Positions 9,026 through 17,838 of a DNA stretch of 64,000 bases are shown here, piece after piece. The translations under genes and the position numbers were made by a program. The notes under the pieces were generated by a model. That model was not told the DNA's origin. It saw only the letters and a program-made list of their open reading frames with translations, and made no database searches. The stretch spans positions 8,761 through 72,760 of the forward strand of contig JBMNTA010000003.1 of the NCBI GenBank assembly GCA_050945495.1, read 5' to 3'. Source of the stretch: Saccharofermentanales bacterium (GTDB taxonomy: Bacteria; Bacillota; Clostridia; Saccharofermentanales; DTU023). Numbering within the stretch: the first letter of the stretch is position 1; each line of letters begins with the position of its first letter.

Positions 9026-10927
9026 CTAACGGTGATGGTCGTCGCCAACGCCTTCGTAGACGAGATAAACGCCCGCAAGCGGTGGCAACGGCAAGGTTAA
9101 TCGGTATTCATCCGCCGTCGCATCGGACGCCGGCGCGGTCGTAATGACCGCCGTTTCTTTCAAAGGTCCGAATCCGCTGCCCCCGTAGCACGGCGCATCG
9201 GAATTGACGGCGACGCGGTATCGGCCGGGGCGCGGCACGCGGATCGTATGGGCCGCGTACGATTGCGGCGTCATGTTCAGCAAGACCACGACGACCTCGT
9301 CGCGGCCGCGTCCGAAGCGGGCGTACGCGAACGTGCTGTGTTCGCGGTCGTTCACATCGAGCCATTGAAAGCCGTCCCACGAGGTGTCGACCGACCACAT
9401 GGCCGAACAGTCTTTGTAAAAACCATTCAATGTTTTTACAAACGTCCGCATGGCGTCATGACTCGGATACATCAACATGAACCATTCCAGTTCTTCGTAG
9501 TAGCGCCACTCCAAATACGGCGCGTACTCATTGCCCATAAAATTCAACTTGGCGCCCGGATGTGACATCTGGTACATGTAGCAGGTGCGCAACGACGCAA
9601 ACTTGCGCCACGGGTCACCCGGCATGCGGCCGAGCAAAGTCTTCTTGCCGTGCACCACTTCGTCGTGACTAAACGGCAAAATAAATCGTTCGCGGAAGGC
9701 GTAGACCATCGAGAACGTGATCTTGTCGTGGACATCGCCGCGGGCGTAGTAGTCGTGCTCCATGTACGACAGCGTGTCGTTCATCCAGCCCATGTTCCAT
9801 TTATGCGTAAAGCCCAGCCCGCCGTGCTCGACCGGCACGGTGATGTCCGGGTACGGCGTCGACTCTTCGGCCGCGAGGATCGCGTGCGGGTAATGCTCGC
9901 GAATCCAGCGATTCGTCGACTTCATGAAGTCGATGGCTTCGCGATGCTCGAACGATCCGTCCGGATTCGGCACGGCGTGTTCGCGCCCGAAGTCCAGATA
10001 AATCATGCTGCTCACCGCATCGTAGCGCAGCCCGTCGGCGTGAAACTCTTCCAGCCAATAGACGGCGTTCGACATCAAAAATGAGCGCACTTCCGGTCGA
10101 CCGTAATCGAAGACGAGCGTCCCCCACGACGGGTGCTCGCCGCGGTTCGGGTCGGCGTATTCATAGAGCGGCTCGCCGTCGAAGCGGGCCAGCGCGAAAT
10201 CGTCGCGCGGGAAATGGGCCGGCACCCAGTCGAGGATGACCAAGAGCCCCGCCCGGTGAAGCGTATCCACCAGGCATTTAAAATCGGCGGGCGTCCCGTA
10301 GCGCGAGGTCGGCGCGTAGTAGCCCGTGACCTGATAGCCCCACGACGCATCGAGCGGATGCTCCATGACGGGCATCAGTTCCACGGCCGTATACCCCATC
10401 TCCACGCAGTACCGCGCGAGCTGCGGCGCAAGGTCGCGATAGTTGTAGGGGTTGCCGTCGGCATATCGCCGCCAGCTGCCCAAATGGACTTCGTAAATAT
10501 TCAGCGGGCGTGCGGCGAGCGCGTCTCGGCGCGTGGCCATAAAGTCTGCGTCGCCCCATGTGTAGTCGTTTTCAAAATCGTACAGAATCGACGCCGAATT
10601 CGGTCGCGTCTCGGCATGGCGCGCATAGGGATCGGCTTTCATCAACACGCGGCCGTCCCGCGTCTCGATCGCGTAGCGATAACGCTGCCATTCCACGGCG
10701 CCGGGGACAAACCCCTGCCAAATGCCGGTCGTGCCGTAAGGGCTCAGGCGATCGCGCGAGCGATCCCAGCCGTTAAAATCGCCGACCGCGCTGACGGCGG
10801 CCGCACGCGGCGCCCAGACCGCAAAACGATACCCTTGTTCTCCTTCCGGGGAAAGATCGGGACGCGCTCCAAGAAATCGATAACTCGCGTGATGCTTGCC
10901 TTCGTTAAAGCGCCAAGCTTCGGTCAT
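9026..10927 (-). CDS. glgB: 1,4-alpha-glucan branching enzyme
   Basis: 633 aa. GH13 branching-enzyme motifs: LVILDWVPAHFPRD, ADGLRYDAVSSMIY, ILAAEEST, PFSHDEVVHGK. Confidence 0.95.
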   Translation of the reverse strand: MTEAWRFNEGKHHASYRFLGARPDLSPEGEQGYRFAVWAPRAAAVSAVGDFNGWDRSRDRLSPYGTTGIWQGFVPGAVEWQRYRYAIETRDGRVLMKADPYARHAETRPNSASILYDFENDYTWGDADFMATRRDALAARPLNIYEVHLGSWRRYADGNPYNYRDLAPQLARYCVEMGYTAVELMPVMEHPLDASWGYQVTGYYAPTSRYGTPADFKCLVDTLHRAGLLVILDWVPAHFPRDDFALARFDGEPLYEYADPNRGEHPSWGTLVFDYGRPEVRSFLMSNAVYWLEEFHADGLRYDAVSSMIYLDFGREHAVPNPDGSFEHREAIDFMKSTNRWIREHYPHAILAAEESTPYPDITVPVEHGGLGFTHKWNMGWMNDTLSYMEHDYYARGDVHDKITFSMVYAFRERFILPFSHDEVVHGKKTLLGRMPGDPWRKFASLRTCYMYQMSHPGAKLNFMGNEYAPYLEWRYYEELEWFMLMYPSHDAMRTFVKTLNGFYKDCSAMWSVDTSWDGFQWLDVNDREHSTFAYARFGRGRDEVVVVLLNMTPQSYAAHTIRVPRPGRYRVAVNSDAPCYGGSGFGPLKETAVITTAPASDATADEYRLTLPLPPLAGVYLVYEGVGDDHHR

Positions 10928-11038
10928 GTAAGTGTCCCTTCTCCGCCCATGACAACGTCCCGTTTCGGACGGTGCCGAATCGTTCGCACAACGACGATGC
11001 GCGCGCTCATCGGCATGGTTTCATTATACATGAGCGCG

Positions 11039-13435
11039 TCATCGGATCCGCAAGGTGGCCACCGTCACGCCGTCCCCGCCTTCGCCGTCGCCGCCGAGTC
11101 GAAACGTCTCGACACGGCGATCGCGCGTGAGCATCTCATGGGTCGCCTTGCGCAGCGCGCCGGTCCCCTTGCCGTGCACGATGCGAACGGGGGAAATGCC
11201 CGCCATGACGGCGTCATCGAGGAATTGATCGATCATGCCGAGCGCTTCGTCGACCCGTTTGCCGAGCAGCATCAATTCGGCGCCCGCCCGCATGACAATC
11301 TCGCTGCCGAGGTTCGGCCGCGCTTTCCGAGGCGGCTCCATCGTGGGCTTGTCGTCGGCCCCGACGGGGCGGAGATCCTTGACGGGCACCTGCACTTGGA
11401 ACGATCCCCATTCGAGCGTCACGCATCCCTTCGCATCCGGCGGTTCGCGGACGATGCCGGACACGCCGAGCGATCGGGCTTCGTAGCGCTCCCCGACCCG
11501 AATGTCCTCGGGACGCAAGACCGACACCTCAATGCCCAAATCGGTCACGGGCGTCGGGCGATGACGTCGCTCGATCTCGCCCAATTGACCGCGCGCCTTC
11601 GACGCCAACCGATGGTCAACGTCTTTGTTCTCGGCCTGCGCTTCGCGAATCGAATCCAACAGCGCTTCGACATCGTCGCGCGTCGCATCCAACATCTCGG
11701 AGGCTTCGCGACGGGCCTGCTCGAGCACGCGCTCCCGCTCCGCCAACAAGGTTTCGCGCTCATCTTCGAGCGCTTGACGCGCTTCCACCGTCTCCGCCTT
11801 CAACCGCTCGATCTCTTCTTCGATGGCACGCGCTTCGCGATGACTCTCTTCGATGGCGGAGACGAGATCTTCAAACCGCGCGCCTTCGTCCGATATCAGG
11901 GCGCGGGCGCGGTCGATGATCGCGGGATCCAGGCCGAGCCGATGGGAGATGGCAAAGGCGTTGCTGACGCCCGGCACCCCAATCAACAGCTTGTAGGTCG
12001 GGCGCAACGTCCGGGTGTCGAATTCGCAGCACGCGTTCTCGACGCCGTCCTCGTTTAGGGCATAGCCTTTCAGTTCGCGGTAATGCGTCGTCGCGATCGT
12101 GTGACAGCCTTTTTGCTTCAAATCGTCGAGGATGGCGATCGCGAGCGCCGCGCCCTCGGAGGGATCGGTGCCGGCCCCCAATTCGTCCAGCAAGACCAGC
12201 GTGCCGGGACCGGCGGTCGACGTGATGCGTATGATCTCGCGCATGTGCGAGGAAAAGGTCGATAGATTTTGTTCGATGCTCTGCTCGTCGCCGATGTCGG
12301 CTTCCACCGACGCGAACCACGAGAGTTCCGAGCCTTCGGCGACGGGGACAAAGAGGCCCGCCATCGCCATCCACGTCAACAGCCCGCACGTCTTGAGCGT
12401 GACGGTCTTGCCGCCCGTGTTGGGACCCGTGATGACCAGCGTCGTGAACGTGCGCCCCAATTCGACGTCGATCGGCACGACGTCGTCTTTCGGAATCAGC
12501 GGATGTCGCGCTTTGCGGAGCACCATGACGCCCCGATCGTTCATGCGCGGGCGCGTGGCGTTGATCTCCAAGGCGTAGCGCGCTTTGGCCATGGCGAAGT
12601 CGAGCTCCGTCAAGACCTCGACGTCCGTCAAAAGCGCCGCTTCCTGCGTCGCGACGATCTCCGTCAGCGCTTTGAGGATGGATTCGATTTCATATTGTTC
12701 GCGCGATTCGAGTTCGCGGATTTTGTTGTTCAGTTCGACGACGGCCATCGGCTCGATGAAGAGCGTGTTGCCCGTGGCGGACGTGTCGTGCACGAGGCCG
12801 CGCACGGCGGCGCGCCGATCGGAGCGTACGGGCACGACGTAGCGCCCGCCGCGGATCGTGACGATGGGATCCTGCAGCGCCGACGCATGGCGCGCGAGCA
12901 CGCGGTCGAGCTCTCGGCGCACATCGTCTTGGGCATCGCGCAACCGACGCCGAATGGCGTACAGCTCTTCGCTCGCGTGGTCAAAAAGTTCGTCGTCGCC
13001 CGCGATCGATTTTTCGAGGCGTTGACGGAAACCCGCCAACGGCTCGAGTTCGCGGACGCTCGCCGACAGCGGCGACGGCTCAACGCCCGGATCCTCCGTA
13101 TCGACGGCTTCCCGCATGCGATCGACGGCGCGCAAAAACGAGGCGATTTTCAGAAAATCGCCGCACCGCAACACGACGCCGACCTTCGCCTCGCGGATGA
13201 ACGGACGGATGTCGTCGATCCCCGAAAAGGGCAGATCGCCGCGCGTCAGGAGATGTTCGACGAAAAGGTCGGTCTGTTCCAGCCGCGCCTCGGTGGCGTC
13301 CAACGACGGTGCGGGCAAGAGCCGCTCGCAACGTTCGCGCCCCAAAACGGTGGCGGCATGCGACGCAAGCCGATCGATGATGGCATCGTATTCGAGTGTG
13401 GCGAGGGATTTAGGAACGATCGGCGTCATGATCAT
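11039..13435 (-). CDS. mutS2: Endonuclease MutS2 (MutS domain V ATPase plus C-terminal Smr)
   Basis: 798 aa. Walker A ITGPNTGGKTV, LVLLDELGAGTDP, a central coiled coil, and a C-terminal Smr domain (VRIVHGKGTGALR). Confidence 0.95.
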   Translation of the reverse strand: MIMTPIVPKSLATLEYDAIIDRLASHAATVLGRERCERLLPAPSLDATEARLEQTDLFVEHLLTRGDLPFSGIDDIRPFIREAKVGVVLRCGDFLKIASFLRAVDRMREAVDTEDPGVEPSPLSASVRELEPLAGFRQRLEKSIAGDDELFDHASEELYAIRRRLRDAQDDVRRELDRVLARHASALQDPIVTIRGGRYVVPVRSDRRAAVRGLVHDTSATGNTLFIEPMAVVELNNKIRELESREQYEIESILKALTEIVATQEAALLTDVEVLTELDFAMAKARYALEINATRPRMNDRGVMVLRKARHPLIPKDDVVPIDVELGRTFTTLVITGPNTGGKTVTLKTCGLLTWMAMAGLFVPVAEGSELSWFASVEADIGDEQSIEQNLSTFSSHMREIIRITSTAGPGTLVLLDELGAGTDPSEGAALAIAILDDLKQKGCHTIATTHYRELKGYALNEDGVENACCEFDTRTLRPTYKLLIGVPGVSNAFAISHRLGLDPAIIDRARALISDEGARFEDLVSAIEESHREARAIEEEIERLKAETVEARQALEDERETLLAERERVLEQARREASEMLDATRDDVEALLDSIREAQAENKDVDHRLASKARGQLGEIERRHRPTPVTDLGIEVSVLRPEDIRVGERYEARSLGVSGIVREPPDAKGCVTLEWGSFQVQVPVKDLRPVGADDKPTMEPPRKARPNLGSEIVMRAGAELMLLGKRVDEALGMIDQFLDDAVMAGISPVRIVHGKGTGALRKATHEMLTRDRRVETFRLGGDGEGGDGVTVATLRIR

Positions 13436-14027
13436 TCTGACGTTTGGGGCGGATCACTTGACGGATGCCGTATTCGATCGTCGCGACGACGGAGCACAGC
13501 ACCGGCAAGATAAACAGCAAGTGGCGAATGAGTTGTTGTTCGGGCGGCAACCAGAACGTGACCGTCATGGCGACGACGAACAGAAAGGTCGCCAATTTGC
13601 CGAAACGGTCGGCATACACGACCACGTCGCGCTTGACCAAAATGAGCGCGGCGCCGATCAACATCACGGCCTCACGCAGCATGTAGAACACCGGCACCCA
13701 CACGGGAATTTGTCCCGCGATCGCCATGCAAATGGCCGACGTCACTTGGAAGACTTTATCGACAAAGGGATCAAACAATTTACCGAATTCCGTCACCAGG
13801 TTAAACCGTCGGGCAATGTAGCCGTCAAGAAAATCGGTCGCCCAGATGACGATGAACAAAATGAAGGTGGTGACGCGATCTTCCGGCCAACGCAAGATCA
13901 TGGACGCCAACACCGGGATGGCCAACAATCGAATCAACGTCAACGTATTGGGAACGTTAAACACCGCGCGAACCGGATGCTTCTTTCGGGTGGGTTTCGA
14001 CTCGCGATCCATGTGTTGTTTGTCCAT
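13410..14027 (-). CDS. pgsA: CDP-diacylglycerol--glycerol-3-phosphate 3-phosphatidyltransferase (CDP-alcohol phosphatidyltransferase family)
   Basis: NVPNTLTLIRLL...DFLDGYIARRFNLVTEFGKLFDPFVDKV matches the CDP-alcohol PT motif D(x)2DG(x)2AR...G(x)3D(x)3D. Start is uncertain: the ORF is open to 14084, with internal ATGs at 14054, 14027 and 14012. Confidence 0.85.
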   Translation of the reverse strand: MDKQHMDRESKPTRKKHPVRAVFNVPNTLTLIRLLAIPVLASMILRWPEDRVTTFILFIVIWATDFLDGYIARRFNLVTEFGKLFDPFVDKVFQVTSAICMAIAGQIPVWVPVFYMLREAVMLIGAALILVKRDVVVYADRFGKLATFLFVVAMTVTFWLPPEQQLIRHLLFILPVLCSVVATIEYGIRQVIRPKRQNDHDADRS

Positions 14028-14121
14028 CTTAACTCGTTGCCTCGATTCTCTCATAGGTTGCGATGATGTCCGCCGCCCCATCACCTTTCATTGTCTCATA
14101 AATATGTGGCGGAGGCCATCG

Positions 14122-17100
14122 TCAGATGAGCCCGAATTGCTCCGGACCGAAGCGCTCCATCAGGAGCAGCGCGTTTCGATTGTTCCAGTCGATCGGCGGC
14201 GCTTCGTCGATCGGACCGAGCACGCCGGTCGCTTCATCGAACAGACGCACCGGCACGTTGCCTTGGAAATATCTGAGCGCGGCCATCAGCGCCGGTCGGT
14301 AGTCCGAGTCCGCGTCTTTCGGAATGCGAATGACGACCGCCTTGAACCTGGCGTCCTCGTCGACCGGCCGCGTGCGCTCCGCGGGCGGAGGCGGCGGGGG
14401 CGGCGGCGGAGGCGCCGCATCGCGCCGACGCTGTCCGTTGCGCCAACGATCGCCGTTGCGCGGCCGGCCTTTTTGATGACGTTGACGGTACCCGCGTTCC
14501 GTCACCGAGGCCGGCAATTCCCGCATGTCCGCGGTCAACGGTTCGATGACGTCGACCAGCAGTTTCGGGTCTTCGTCGGCGTCGCGCATGTCCACCGTGC
14601 CGGCGACGATCACCACGTTGAAGTGATCGAGGATGTGGTGGTAGGCCTCGTACGCCCGCGGGAACACGACCACCTCCCAGCTGCCGCCTTCGTCCTCCAT
14701 TTGCAGAAACGCCATGCGGTCGTTGTTCTTGGTAAACAAATCACGTCGATCGGTCACGAGTCCGGCCATGATGATCCGGTCGCGGTCTTTGAGCCGCAGC
14801 GGGGCGACGTCGGCGGCCACCACGCCGTCGATGTCGTCTTCGAGCGTCGTCTCCGGCTTCAGTTCCCCGGCGCGGACGATCGGCAACGCCTCCAACGCTT
14901 CGCGGTATTCGCTCAACGGATGGCCCGTCACGTACAGACCGGTCGTCTCTTTTTCCATCGTCAAGAGCTCAAGCTGCGGGAATTCCGGGACATTCGGATA
15001 CACGGGTTCCTCCGGCGCTTTGAAGGCCTCGTCGCCGGAAATGTCGAAGAAGGTCATCTGCCCTTCCATCACGCCGCGCTTGGCATTGTGCACACTCTCC
15101 ATAAACGGCTCGATGACGGCGATCATCTTCGATCGCGCGATGCCGAAGCCGTCGCATGCCGACGATCGGACAAGGCTTTCCACCATCTTGCGATTGAGCG
15201 ACGATTCGCTCATGCGGCGCAAAAAATTGCCAAACGAGGTAAACGGTCCGTGATCGTCGCGCTCGCGAATCAGCGCCGCGATCGCCTCACCGCCGACGTT
15301 TTTGATGGCACCGAGCCCGAAGCGGATGCCCTCGCCTTCCGGCGTAAATTTGGCGACGCTCTTGTTGATGTCGGGCGGCAACACGGGGATGCCCATCGAC
15401 TCGGCCGTGTGAATGTAACGCGCCGCCTTCTCGAGGTCGCCCAACTTGGAATTCAGCATCGCCGCCATGAATTCCACGGGGTAATAATATTTGCACCACG
15501 CCGTCCGGTACGTGATGGCCGTGTACGGCGCGGCGTGCGCCTTGTTGAACGCATAGCCCGCGAACGCGCCGATGTCGTCAAACAACTTCGCGGCCACCTC
15601 GCGCGGCACGCCGTTGGCCACGGCGCCGGGGATCGGCACGCCCTTTTCATCGACGCCGCCGTCGATGAAAAGCGTGCGGTAACTTTGCAGCAAATCCTCT
15701 TTTTTCTTCGACATCGCGCGGCGCACATTGTCGGCTTGGCCGAAGGAGAACCCGGCCAATTCCCGCACAATCCGCATGACTTGCTCCTGGTACACCATGA
15801 CGCCGTACGTGACTTTCAGGATCGGCTCCAAGGTCGGCCAATCGTAATGGATTTTGCTGGCGTCGTGGCGAGATTCGACGTACCGCGGGATCTGATCCAT
15901 GGGGCCGGGACGGAACAAGGAGATCCCGGCGATGATGTCTTCGAACGACTCGGGGCGCAATTCCTTCATGAACTGCGTCATGCCGCCGCTCTCCAATTGG
16001 AAGACGCCGTCCGTGTCCCCGCGGCCGATCATCTCAAACACATTCGGGTCGTCGTACGTCATCGAGCTGAAGTCGATGCCCTTCCCCGTCTTCTCTTCGA
16101 CGAATTTCGAGGTGCCCTGCAACACGGTCAGCGTGCGGAGCCCGAGAAAGTCGAATTTCAACAAGCCGACCGATTCGATGTCGTCTTTCGTAAACTGGAC
16201 AACGATCGACTCGTCGTTGCGGGCCAACGGCGCAATCTCCGAGACGGGTTTGCCCGCGATGATGACGCCGGCCGCATGCGTGGAGGCGTGGCGCGGCATG
16301 CCTTCGAATTTGCGCGCCAAGTCGAGCACGCGTCGCGTGACGTCATCCTGCTCATATTGTTTTTTCAAATCGGGGTTCATTTCCAAGGCGTCGTCGATCG
16401 TGATCTTCAAGACTTCCGGCACCATTTTGGCGATCCGATCGGTCTCGTCGTAAGGGACGTTCAGCGCACGGGCGACGTCACGAATGACGGCGCGGGCGGC
16501 CAGTGTCCCGAACGTGATGACTTGACAGACGTGATCTTCCCCGTATTTCTTCGTGACGTAATCGATCACTTCGTTGCGGCGTTCGTAACAGAAGTCGACG
16601 TCAAAGTCGGGCATGCTGACGCGCTCCTTGTTCAGGAAGCGCTCAAAGAGCAGATCGTATTTGATCGGATCGAGGTCCGTGATGTAGAGCGTGTAGGCCG
16701 CCAGCGATGCCGCGCCCGATCCGCGTCCGGGCCCGACGGCGATGCCGTGATCGCGGGCATAGCGGATGAAGTCCCACACGATCAAATAGTAATCGGTGTA
16801 GCCCATCTGGGTGATGACCGACAACTCATACTCGAGTCGCTTATCGTAGACGGCGCGATCGATCCCGGTGGGGCGCGTCGCGAGACGGCGATCCAGCCCC
16901 TCGGCGCAGAGGCGGCGGAGCATGTCGGCGGCCGTCTCGCCCGGCGGCGTCTCGAAGTGCGGCAGCGACAAGTGACCGAACTCGATGTCGGCGTGGCATC
17001 TCGCCGCGATCTTTTCGGTGTTCTCGAGCGCCTCGGGGACGTTTTGGAAGATCTCCGCCATCTCCTCCGGCGTGCGCACGTACAACGTGTCCGTCTCCAT

Positions 17101-17808
17101 CTTCATGCGATCGGGGTCGTCGATGGTCTTGCCCGTCTGCATGCACAGGAGCACGTCATGCGCGAACGCATCGTCTTTCGTCAAATAATGGCAGTCGTTC
17201 GTGGCGACCAGCGGAATGCCCGTCGCTTGGCTGATCTTGATGATTTCGGCATTGACGACCGTCTGATCGGCCAGGCCGTTGCCTTGAATTTCAAGGAAAT
17301 AATTGTCTTCGCCGAACAAATCGCGATGTTCCAGAGCGACCTGTTTTGCTCCCTCGAGATCGCCCGCCAAAATCCGTCGCGGCACTTCGCCCGAAAGGCA
17401 CGCCGAAAGTGCGATCAACCCTTCATGGTGCGCTTTCAAAAGTTCGCGGTCGATCCGCGGTCGGTAATAGTAGCCGTCCACGAACCCGGCCGACACGAGG
17501 CGCACCAAATTGTGGTAGCCTTCGTTGTTTTCCGCGAGCAGAATCAGATGGAACGGGTCGCGATCGATCGCGCCCTCTTTGTCTTTGTGGCTTCGCGGCG
17601 CGACGTAGACCTCGCATCCGATGATCGGATGGATGCCGTGCTTTTGCATCGTGCGATAGAAATCGAGCACGCCGTACATGACGCCGTGGTCGGTGATGGC
17701 GCACGCGTCCATGCCGTGCGCCTTCAAGTGTTTTGCCAAATCGTCGATCCGATTGGCGCCGTCCAAAAGGCTGTATTCCGTGTGTAAATGTAAATGCGTA
17801 AATGCCAT
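14122..17808 (-). CDS. dnaE: DNA polymerase III alpha subunit (DnaE) with unusual C-terminal extension
   Basis: PHP domain start MAFTHLHLHTEYSLLDGA, polymerase core (DFDVDF, GLLKFDFLGLRTL), and OB-fold. Followed by a basic linker, Pro10 and about 86 extra aa. Confidence 0.95.
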   Translation of the reverse strand: MAFTHLHLHTEYSLLDGANRIDDLAKHLKAHGMDACAITDHGVMYGVLDFYRTMQKHGIHPIIGCEVYVAPRSHKDKEGAIDRDPFHLILLAENNEGYHNLVRLVSAGFVDGYYYRPRIDRELLKAHHEGLIALSACLSGEVPRRILAGDLEGAKQVALEHRDLFGEDNYFLEIQGNGLADQTVVNAEIIKISQATGIPLVATNDCHYLTKDDAFAHDVLLCMQTGKTIDDPDRMKMETDTLYVRTPEEMAEIFQNVPEALENTEKIAARCHADIEFGHLSLPHFETPPGETAADMLRRLCAEGLDRRLATRPTGIDRAVYDKRLEYELSVITQMGYTDYYLIVWDFIRYARDHGIAVGPGRGSGAASLAAYTLYITDLDPIKYDLLFERFLNKERVSMPDFDVDFCYERRNEVIDYVTKKYGEDHVCQVITFGTLAARAVIRDVARALNVPYDETDRIAKMVPEVLKITIDDALEMNPDLKKQYEQDDVTRRVLDLARKFEGMPRHASTHAAGVIIAGKPVSEIAPLARNDESIVVQFTKDDIESVGLLKFDFLGLRTLTVLQGTSKFVEEKTGKGIDFSSMTYDDPNVFEMIGRGDTDGVFQLESGGMTQFMKELRPESFEDIIAGISLFRPGPMDQIPRYVESRHDASKIHYDWPTLEPILKVTYGVMVYQEQVMRIVRELAGFSFGQADNVRRAMSKKKEDLLQSYRTLFIDGGVDEKGVPIPGAVANGVPREVAAKLFDDIGAFAGYAFNKAHAAPYTAITYRTAWCKYYYPVEFMAAMLNSKLGDLEKAARYIHTAESMGIPVLPPDINKSVAKFTPEGEGIRFGLGAIKNVGGEAIAALIRERDDHGPFTSFGNFLRRMSESSLNRKMVESLVRSSACDGFGIARSKMIAVIEPFMESVHNAKRGVMEGQMTFFDISGDEAFKAPEEPVYPNVPEFPQLELLTMEKETTGLYVTGHPLSEYREALEALPIVRAGELKPETTLEDDIDGVVAADVAPLRLKDRDRIIMAGLVTDRRDLFTKNNDRMAFLQMEDEGGSWEVVVFPRAYEAYHHILDHFNVVIVAGTVDMRDADEDPKLLVDVIEPLTADMRELPASVTERGYRQRHQKGRPRNGDRWRNGQRRRDAAPPPPPPPPPPAERTRPVDEDARFKAVVIRIPKDADSDYRPALMAALRYFQGNVPVRLFDEATGVLGPIDEAPPIDWNNRNALLLMERFGPEQFGLI

Positions 17809-17838
17809 GCCGTTCCGAACTGCTCCCGTGCGTCTCGA

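Noticed and set aside
13846-17787. Very long plus-strand ORFs antisense to real genes: 1313 aa opposite dnaE, and also 10133-12058, 17794-19614, 39100-41418 and 61142-63322.
   Set aside because: This is the typical high-GC artefact, in which stop codons are rare in the antisense frame. The translations are Arg/Gly/His/Asp-rich low-complexity sequence with no motifs, while the minus-strand frames carry unmistakable conserved motifs.
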